A program made the position numbers and the translations under genes. A stretch of 63,450 bases of DNA, counting the filler, from Octopus bimaculoides (Eukaryota): the NCBI RefSeq assembly GCF_001194135.2. It is 4 parts of 4 records of this genome, joined end to end, with 100 filler letters (N's around TTAATTAATTAA, not from the genome) between each part and the next. Parts side by side here need not be neighbours in the genome. Positions count along the whole stretch, not along the records: positions 42,453 to 63,450 come from NC_069004.1; 3 more parts are not named here. One strand, 5' to 3'. The notes under the pieces were generated by a model. It saw nothing but the letters and a program-made list of their open reading frames with translations, was not told where the DNA came from and ran no database searches. This document shows, one piece after another, positions 53,991 to 63,450 of the stretch (positions are counted from its first letter, which is position 1; each line of letters begins with the position of its first letter).

Positions 53991-54215
53991 TTGCAAAGAA
54001 TCTATATTTGAATATGTGTGTATATGTGTGCGTGTGTGTGTTTGTGTGAATATATGAATGCATATATGTATGTAATGTGTCTATCATTTCTAAAAATAGA
54101 TTTGACATCAATTCTAAAAATAGCCAAACACCTACTGCTGCTGTCCAAAGGAATTGGTATAAAAGACAGAAAACCAGCCAACTTATTACAGTCTGTTAAA
54201 GTCTGTCATACCGGC

Positions 54216-54252
54216 CATGACGAAGGGAAATAGCCCTGAAACTCGAGTCGCT
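54216..54252 (+). ncRNA. Degenerate hammerhead related to 42546-42604
   Basis: cATGACGA-AGGG-AAATAG-CCCT-GAA-ACTCGAGT-C^GC. Same stem II, a perfect helix III palindrome and GUC. C3 and helix I are damaged. Confidence 0.6.
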
Positions 54253-55410
54253 TTTATATATTTATATTTATATATTTATATATTTGATCCTTTATATTGA
54301 ACACTCAATATTTCATCTACATACAATACTTTATTTCATGGTGACATCCATTTTTACTTTATTTTATTTTATATTATATATTGTATATTATATTATATAT
54401 TGTATATTCCATATTCTATANNNNNNNNNNAATAAGGCAGCGAGCTGCCAGAGTCATCAGCATGCCGGACAAAATGCTGAGCGGCGTTTTGTCCGTCTCA
54501 GTACTGAGTTGAAGTTGTTTGCAAAGAATCTATATTTGAATATGTGTGTATATGTGTGCGTGTGTGTGTTTGTGTGAATATATGAATGCATATATGTATG
54601 TATACTTTACGTACGCGCACATACCGAGAACACATTGGATAATGTAGTCTTGATATACTAAAAGACAGGATTATCAGGATATCAGGATAGTCGGCGTCTT
54701 TTATCCGAATTCTGCTGGATTAAAACTAATCGGACTAATCTGACGATGGAATCGCTGCGCCCTTGTTCTGGTTGCAAGATTTAGCAGGCAAGCACTTTTT
54801 CAAATCAGACATCTACAGACTTAAAATTTACATCAGAAATTACACCTGATATACAAAAATGTATCCTACAAACGTAGTGAAAGGACATACTAGGTAATGG
54901 ATGCGGCTGTCACGACAGAAACGTTTTTTATCTTAGGTCTGTTCAGCCACATTCAATTTGAATTCAGATAATTACGGACACTAGAGCCTCTGAAGGGTCT
55001 TTCGGGTTAGCTAGCCTCACATGATATAGTTTTAAAAAGTAAGACGACGTTGGACAAGGTTGTGTCTCGGATACAACTAACGGAAACTACGTTGAAGATT
55101 AAAAATAGAAGTGTCAGCTTGAAGGATTTCACAGTCAATCTACTCAAGCTAGAAATATCCAGCCAAGTTCTTCCCGACACATCCTAATGTCTTGAGAAAG
55201 ACGTTGGTTCTCGTCATATATGAGAACCAATTTCTATGCTAGATACAGAATATTATCTTCAAGGTTGCTTATTTACAGTATTACACACACACACACATAC
55301 ACACATATATGCATGTATGCTTGTGCATATACATATGTATATATCTGTATGTATATACAGATATCTACATATCTCTGTGTGTGTACTTATATGTATTCGT
55401 TCATACAGGC

Positions 55411-55442
<32 letters not shown>

Positions 55443-55962
55443 ACGATCACATACGCACACATATATTCATTTATATACTTAGTATTTTACCATGCACGTA
55501 AGTGTAAATATGCGTGTGTGCGTGTGTATGGGAGTGTAAGTATAACAGTATTTATAACTATATACATACATATATTTATATACCCATTCATATATATGCA
55601 CACAAAGCACATACGCCACCCCACACACCCACTTCATACACACACACATCGCTCCGCAGGAATGAAAATAACAATAAGAAAATTAGAATGAAAATGAGAA
55701 GTGTGACAGGAACTATATATGATAGGGTGTAATGAAGCGTGGCGTATAAAATGAGTTAGTTGCCCGTGTGATCGATAGAGTTTATTTGCTGCTTTAACAT
55801 TGTGATCGATATTGTTTCATGCGTTCTCACATCACCGATATATATTTTTTCTTGTGTTATATTATTATTTTTTTTCCATATTTTCTCTACATTAGAAACA
55901 CATTACATAGATTCATACTTACTTATCACAATTATGAAAGTACACACAGACACACACACACA

Positions 55963-55998
<36 letters not shown>

Positions 55999-56288
55999 NN
56001 NNNNNNNNNNNNNNNNNNNNNNNNNNNNNNNNNNNNNNNNNNNNNNNNNNNNNNNNNNNNNNNNNNNNNNNNNNNNNNNNNNNNNNNNNNNNNNNNNNNN
56101 NNNNNNNNNNNNNNNNNNNNNNNNNNNNNNNNNNNNNNNNNNNNNNNNNNNNNNNNNNNNNNNNNNNNNNNNNNNNNNNNNNNNNNNNNNNNNNNNNNNN
56201 NNNNNNNNNNNNNNNNNNNNNNNNNNNNNNNNNNNNNNNNNNNNNNNNNNNNNNNNNNNNNNNNNNNNNNNNNNNNNNNNNNNNNNNN

Positions 56289-56321
<33 letters not shown>

Positions 56322-56414
56322 TCATATATGCGGGTATATTTATGTACGAAGATTTGCATCACGCTGTTTACCGTGCACATAACGATTTATTACTTTGATG
56401 CATATTCAAGAATA

Positions 56415-56422
56415 TAGATAGT

Positions 56423-56483
<61 letters not shown>

Positions 56484-56690
56484 GGATAGATAAATAGATG
56501 GATAGATGGATAGATAAATAGATAGATAGATAGAGAGAGAGAGCGCGAGAGAGAGAGAGAGAGCGAGAGAGACAGAGACAGACAGACAGATAGCTAGCTA
56601 GCTAGTTAGATAGACAGATATATATAGACAAACAGATAGATAGAAATAGATAGATAGATAGATAGATATATAGATAGATTGAAACACTGA
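56415..56690. repeat. (GATA)n/(GA)n compound microsatellite
   Basis: Direct tetranucleotide and dinucleotide repeats. Confidence 0.9.
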
Positions 56691-57062
56691 TAAATGGATT
56701 GATAGATAGATAGATTGGTAGATAATCTGACATGCATTTCCTGACAACATAAAACATGCACAGATACATACAAAGTTATCTGCACGTATACGAATCTGAT
56801 AATAGGCATGAGTGTTTGTGTGTGACTCTACATAGGTGTGTGTGTGTGGTGGTGGGGGGGGGTAGATGTTGGTGTGTTTTGTGTGTCCGTACATGTGTGT
56901 GAGTGAGAGTAAGTAATAAAATGCGTTAGCTTAAAGTACTCCAAACATGGTTAACTGGCTTTAAATATTTATTTGAATGAATGCTAATGGATACTTCCTT
57001 CCTGTAGAAACATTCAAACGCTTCGAAAAGTTCCCTAATGCATACATGCATGCATGCATGTT

Positions 57063-57588
57063 TGTATGTCATTGTTCAGTTTATTTCAAGATTTCTTGCT
57101 AATAGAGAAAGAACCGGTTTCTAACCTAGATCCAAGGTTCCTTCAATGGAATTTCAATATCAGCAACGTATTTTAATTTGTATGTATGTATGTATGCATG
57201 CGTGCATGTATGCATGTATGTATGTATGTATGTATGTATGTATGTATGTATGTATGTATGTATGTATACAGATTTGTACGTTTTGCTTTATATATGTATT
57301 CTCATGCATATAGTTATATATCTAGACATGCTCATATTTATTTAAATGATTAACTTCTGGAAGGTTTTACAGATTTTTACAGTTCCAGTGATGGATTGGA
57401 TATGTAGTCTTCGAATTAGCTTTTTCCTCCCTGGTTTTGAGAAGCCTAATTTCTCAAGATTGGTACTTAGGCAGCGTGTTACGTATCCCAGTGCCCCAAT
57501 AGTTACAGGTATTAACCTCAATTTGTAATCTGGATAGAGTAACTGCAGATTTCTCAATAGTTCAACATCGGTGTTCTCTTTTTCACTG
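57063..57588 (-). mobile_element. 5'-truncated REL-type LINE, second family, embedded in (TATG)n
   Basis: LRNLQLLYPDYKLRLIPVTIGALGYV..SITGTVKICKTF..*, then a 3' UTR with an internal (CATA)n tract. Confidence 0.75.
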
Positions 57589-58120
57589 TATGTATGTATG
57601 CATGTATGTATGTATGTATGNNNNNNNNNNNNNNNNNNNNNNNNNNNNNNNNNNNNNNNNNNNNNNNNNNNNNNNNNNNNNNNNNNNNNNNNNNNNNNNN
57701 NNNNNNNNNNNNNNNNNNNNNNNNNNNNNNNNNNNNNNNNNNNNNNNNNNNNNNNNNNNNNNNNNNNNNNNNNNNNNTCTTATAAGAATTTATGAAGTAG
57801 TCAGCGTGAAAAAAAACTCATAATGAAAAAATAACGAAAAATTTCGTAATGAAAAAATTCATCGTTTCTTCAAAAGAATACTGGTTACTTCACAGTTTTT
57901 TCTGTATTTGATTGAGAAACCAGTGGTCTACCGTTGAGTTAAATGTTTTTAAGAGATAAATTTTGAAAAGCTGCATTCCCTCGCTTTCGGTAAATATGTT
58001 GCTTATTTTGGGTAGTTGTTTTTACTTATTTAGTCCCTCGATAACGTGAGGCATTAATACACAGTTAATGCCCTTTATATATAATTTTATATATATATAT
58101 ATATAAATCCATCCTTTCAC

Positions 58121-58176
<56 letters not shown>

Positions 58177-58193
58177 TAATATTTGACAGAAGA

Positions 58194-58415
58194 AAGGCAG
58201 CAAGCTGCCTGAGATGATAGCATACCGGAAAAACAAAAACAAAAAAAAAACCGCTTATTAGCATTTCGTCAATCTTTACTTTCTGGGTTCAAATTCCGCC
58301 GAGGTTGACTTTGTATTGCATCCTTTCCGGGTCGATAAAATAAGAACCGGTTGATCACTCGACTTAATCCCTCCCAATAAATTGTTGGCCTAGCTCCAAA
58401 ATATGAAAGCAATAT
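58194..58415 (+). mobile_element. SINE-like family D copy
   Basis: AAGGCAGCAAGCTG..GGGTTCAAATTCCGCCGAGGTTGACTTTG..CATCCTTTCCGGGTCGATAAA. Confidence 0.7.
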
Positions 58416-58769
58416 TTGGCAAAATTAACAGAGTGACTCAACGGCCGAGAGTTTAGTGCGTTAGGACTTATCAAATCTGGACGTACACAAACACACACAC
58501 ACGCACGTGCATACGCACAGGCAGTATTGTATAATCGTATGTGCATAATACATACACGTATGTATGTATGAATTAAGTTTGTGTTTGGGTAAGCATGTAT
58601 GTATGTACATCCACACCCACATACACAAACACACACACACATATATATCTATATATATATATAATGTATATATTTTTATATGGTACGTGAATTCCCAATC
58701 TCTTCAAGCGTTAAGTTACCGTAGTCAAGGCGTGACGAGCTGAATAAGTTCGGCCGAACTTTAGCCTCT

Positions 58770-59115
58770 CGTCCTGGGGTCAGTCCTTGTGCACGGCTCT
58801 TTGGGCAAGAGTTTTCTAATATAACTTCGGGCCGACCAACGTCTTTTGAGTGGGTTTGGTAGACAGAAACTGAAAGAAGTCCATCGTGTGTTTGTGTGTG
58901 TGTGTGTATGTGTGTTTGTGTCTCTTTTTGGCACCCCCACCACCGTTTTATAACCTATGTTGGCTTGTCAACGTACGTGTTAGGTAGTGATTCGGCAAAA
59001 GAGACCGATGGAATACATACCGGATTTTAGAAAAAATAAATACTAGGGTCTATTCATCCGACTAAAATTTCTTCAAGGCAGTGCCCCAGCATGGCCGTAG
59101 TTATTAACTGAAATA
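58770..59115 (+). mobile_element. Old SINE family A copy
   Basis: TTGGGCAAGAG..CGGGCCGACCAA..GGTAGACAGAAACTGAAAGAAG..CAGCATGGCCGTAG. Confidence 0.8.
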
Positions 59116-60192
59116 TGCTCATAGTTGTCCCTATACTTATAAACAAGTGATATTTCCCTTTCGTTCGTAGGTAATTTAGAATGCTTTGTTATATTGTATC
59201 TTACGTATGCCCATAAACACAAGCAGTGGTTGTGCTTCACTTCTTTATTTATATTTTTGAATGATTAACAATTTAACCAATTAAATAATGAATTTTTTTC
59301 ATTAACCCTTCAGTCAGTCATGTAGTCAATCAGCTAGGTGCGTCAAAATCGTTTCGTCGCCATTCGCGACCTCACTAATATGATACCTTGTCTGCTCCAG
59401 ATGTGCTCCAGTTCTATCTGTCTGTTTCCTCAAGAGAGTCCTTCTTTGTATAATTGTTATTCATCGTATACTCTTACCTTCCCTATTTAAAAACACTTTT
59501 TCATCTCTCCCGTTTTTAACGATGTTTATATAGTTTCACTTCAAGAGTAACTAATCTCCTCCAAAGAAATGTATGTTGAAAAATCTGGCTATGTTGTAAT
59601 GAAGAAAAAAAACAGAATGTACCTATTCTGTTTGTAGTACATACACGCACACATACACACAAACACAGACACACAGAACAAACACATACACAGCACAACA
59701 CATTTCTTCCTCTCTCTCTCATTCTATTTCTATCTATCTCTCTATTTATATTTATACATGTATGTAAGTATCTATGCATGGAGAAGCACGAATAAATTTA
59801 AATACATTATGAAAATTAAAGATATGCTTGCGCATAGTTGCGGTAAAATGTTTCCCAACATGAATACAAATGAAACGCTCACACATTCAAATACACACCT
59901 AGACAAACATATTATAAACAGCCACACGCACACACAGCATTAAAGACAAACATACAGACCACAGACATACACAGCACATTTCAAGCATACATACGCACAT
60001 ATACAGTGATAGAAAGTATTACGAAATATTATGAATTGCTAAGTTCCCAGTATGTAAATATATTCAGCTCCATTCGGAAGGAAGTTTGAAGGGAAAAAAA
60101 ATACATTTTGCCAATCATACACGTTCTTAAAGTTTCATATTAAACCGAAAATGACTTTACACGTGCACGCATTGGAGAAGCACACACATACA

Positions 60193-60239
<47 letters not shown>

Positions 60240-60331
60240 GCATTTTTATAAATTCGTGTGTGCATAATACCGACATATTTACGTGTATGTATGGTTGTGT
60301 GCGGGTGTGCTTCTATGTATACATACACAGA

Positions 60332-60392
<61 letters not shown>

Positions 60393-60616
60393 CAACGCAA
60401 TATATATAAGCAAAATATATAAGATATTTAGTTATACAATATCTCCCGTTTTATTTTGTTTCCTATACAAAGTCTTTGACATGAGCCTGCAGATTCCAAT
60501 CAAATGATTTATGGTCCTTTATAAAATCCTCCTTCCAGTCTCCCGGCAGATATAGGAGAATGCATTGCTAAAGACTTGTTATTTATCGCACGATTTAAAT
60601 TTCAAATCGCACTGTA

Positions 60617-60757
60617 CAGGGTGTGGGCAAACGTAGGTGTACAGTTTCTTAATATGAATGGAATCTTCATTATCACCCCCCCCCCAAAGAAAAAGAAATT
60701 GAGAAATGGAAAGAACATTCCACTCATATACTGTATGCCTAATTTTGCCCACTGCTG
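60617..60757. mobile_element. Tc1/mariner-type MITE (~141 bp)
   Basis: About 30-bp imperfect TIRs CAGGGTGTGGGCAAACGTAGGTGTACAGT and ACTGTATGCCTAATTTTGCCCACTGCTG, with TA on both sides. Confidence 0.75.
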
Positions 60758-62340
60758 TATACATACATCATCAATATAAGAAATATTGGAGGCACAATCC
60801 CATTAACATTTCTACCAAATGCAAGCATAACTGGTCGTATGCCGCAGTTTGTAACAGACATCAGTATGTGTCATCGTAGCGTTCAGCTTCGCTGTTGATG
60901 AGCATCAAATAGAAAATAGACAAATGGTTCGAAACCTTCTGGTTGTATATATCCATAGTCGGTGCATTTGTTGTGAGTAAATATGTAAGTATCAAACCAG
61001 CTAAACACGTAAGTTATAATTACAGTCTGTAAGCAGAACAGGGAAAACGAACAAGACGTTTCACAAGTTCAGCATGTGATGTTGCTTTTCTTATCTACAT
61101 TGTAACGTTGGAGTATTGTGCCTTTGTGAGAAAGTAACCCCTTTCTAACAAGAAGAATTTGAAGGATAATAATAAAAAATCATACATACATAGAGACAGA
61201 CAGACAGACAGACAGACAAGTGAAATGAAAAGAAAATGAAGTAACGGAAATGACAAAATCAGACAGGAAAACTCTCGTCAGCTGCATTATCCGCAAGCAA
61301 AAAGCAATTCTGATCTACTGGAGCGCACACATTACTGGGTGAGAAAGAAGAGGAAATATTGAAAAACAAAAAAACATCGAGGACAACGGTGTACAAGAAA
61401 TAATACAGACACACAGATATGGAATATTGCAACTCAGCACAGAAGATATGGCATCTTTTAGGCAGATCTAAAACAAGAAAAACGATAGCGTGAATGCAAT
61501 AGAAAATTACTTGTATCCGAAAATTAGCCCAGTGACATAGAGAAAAATAAAACAAACTAAACCTACCGTGTAAGAAAGAAGAGAAAAGCATGCTAGGAGC
61601 CGCAACAGCAACATACGAACATGATATATATATGCAACTGTACATATATATATATATATANNNNNNNNNNNNNNNNNNNNNNNNNNNNNNNNNNNNNNNN
61701 NNNNNNNNNNNNNNNNNNNNNNNNNNNNNNNNNNNNNNNNNNNNNNNNNNNNNNNNNNNNNNNNNNNNNNNNNNNNNNNNNNNNNNNNNNNNNNNNNNNN
61801 NNNNNNNNNNNNNNNNNNNNNNNNNNNNNNNNNNNNNNNNNNNNNNNNNNNNNNNNNNNNNNNNNNNNNNNNNNNNNNNNNNNNNNNNNNNNNNNNNNNN
61901 NNNNNNNNNNNNNNNNNNNNNNNNNNNNNNNNNNNNNNNNNNNNNNNNNNNNNNNNNNNNNNNNNNNNNNNNNNNNNNNNNNNNNNNNNNNNNNNNNNNN
62001 NNNNNNNNNNNNNNNNNNNNNNNNNNNNNNNNNNNNNNNNNNNNNNNNNNNNNNNNNNNNNNNNNNNNNNNNNNNNNNNNNNNNNNNNNNNNNNNNNNNN
62101 NNNNNNNNNNNNNNNNNNNNNNNNNNNNNNNNNNNNNNNNNNNNNNNNNNNNNNNNNNNNNNNNNNNNNNNNNNNNNNNNNNNNNNNNNNNNNNNNNNNN
62201 NNNNNNNNNNNNNNNNNNNNNNNNNNNNNNNNNNNNNNNNNNNNNNNNNNNNNNNNNNNNNNNNNNNNNNNNNNNNNNNNNNNNNNNNNNNNNNNNNNNN
62301 NNNNNNNNNNNNNNNNNNNNNNNNNNNNNNTATATATATA

Positions 62341-63426
62341 TAGGATGCGATGCGTAAATTGTCGCCATCTCATATTTTAAACTTCATGCATGAGTATTGT
62401 TTGTCTTTGATTTTGTTGACTACACAGCATAGTAGGGTCAGTTGGGCACCGTCTGTGAGAAAAACAGAACAAATTTAGAAACGACATGCTGTACTGCATG
62501 ACATTCGCGCCGGAAGCTCTAATGCGAACATTTCAGAGAGTTTAGGTGTCAATTTGGTGACAGTGCAGAGGATTCGGAAAGGTTTTAATGGGTCTAATGG
62601 CGATTACGAAGGTACAACAGATCGGAAAACTCAGTCTGATCGTTCTGATGAGAAAAGAGCTCCTGAACTTGTTGGTGAGATCCAGGCCATGATTGACAAC
62701 GATCCCTCCAAGTCAAACAGTTCCATTGTCAGGGATATGGGAGTGTCTGAGTTTCTTATCAGACAGGTAGTGCATGAAGACATTCGGAATTCCTCATACA
62801 AGATGAGAAAGGGCCAATTTTTATCCCAAGCTATCAAGGACAAGAGGAAAAGCCACACTACGAAGCTTTTGAACAATCCTCCAACCGAACAAGCTTTGGT
62901 TTTTCTCAGACGAGAAAAATTCTCACAGGATCATGGTGTTTGTAGTGATCACTGGTGATGGTGACGTTATGCCTCCATTCATCTTCCCACACTGCCTCAG
63001 ACTCAACACGGACGCCTACATTAAGTATCCAGAGGAGGTAGTACTGCCTGGATCAAGAGGATGGCTGACATCTGACCACCCTAACATCTGTCCACCTAAC
63101 TCTTCAGACTGCAATCCCCTTGATTAGTATGGTTGGGGCGCAGTTGAGTTACATGCCAACAAAACTCCTTGTAACACCAAAGATGAACTGAACGCAAGGA
63201 TTATGGCAGCATTCAGCAACATAAACAAGGAGACCGTCCAGAAGAGTTGCAGGAGAGACCGAAGTCGTCAGGAGGTCGTGGTTGGAGCCAATGGCGATTT
63301 TATTGAATAGATCTACTCTGTAGTATATCAAGAGATTTTTATGTAATTTTGGTAAATATATATGTTAAATGGGATGTCAGTGTTATTTTCATTAATTTAG
63401 GCGACAATATATTCACCCCAACCTCT
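62341..63426 (+). mobile_element. Decayed maT (DD37D-like) transposon, second family
   Basis: TIRs sharing ATTGTCGCC/GGCGACAAT. Transposase relics IQAMIDNDPSKS..RDMGVSEFLIRQVVHEDIR..YKMRKGQFLS, FFSDEK and CPPNSSDCNPLD. Internal deletions. Confidence 0.85.
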
Positions 63427-63450
63427 GTATATATATATATATATATATAT

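Noticed and set aside
59341-59385. Minus-strand GTCGC-gaatg-GCGAC-GAAAC resembling HHR stem II
   Set aside because: The CUGANGA box has three mismatches and helices I and III do not form.

Overview
AT-rich, microsatellite-dense, gapped eukaryotic DNA. The repeat families match those I recall from Octopus, so a coleoid cephalopod origin is inferred, not looked up. No intact host protein-coding gene is supported. Nearly all long ORFs in the track are N-gap or microsatellite artefacts, or transposon relics. The window holds tRNA-derived SINEs, mariner and maT (DD37D-type) transposons, a Helentron-type HINE, a Ty3/Gypsy integrase plus LTR, old Tx1/L1-like LINEs, microsatellite-targeted R4/Dong-like REL LINEs and a Penelope-like element (PLE). 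The main unexplained signal is a set of type I hammerhead ribozyme (HHR) motifs from at least three unrelated repeat families. (1) An apparently intact HHR lies at 42546-42604 inside a hairpin-dense unit, with a degenerate sister at 54216-54252. (2) A ~363-bp unit arranged as tandem plus inverted copies at 22568-23381 carries two HHR cores. (3) A PLE at 15350-17135 has terminal repeats that combine a tRNA-like Pol III promoter with an HHR remnant, and a solo SINE-like copy of that repeat lies at 17500-17800. Together these suggest a PLE/retrozyme-like system of self-cleaving non-autonomous RNAs. All RNA structures were folded by eye and none is experimentally tested.
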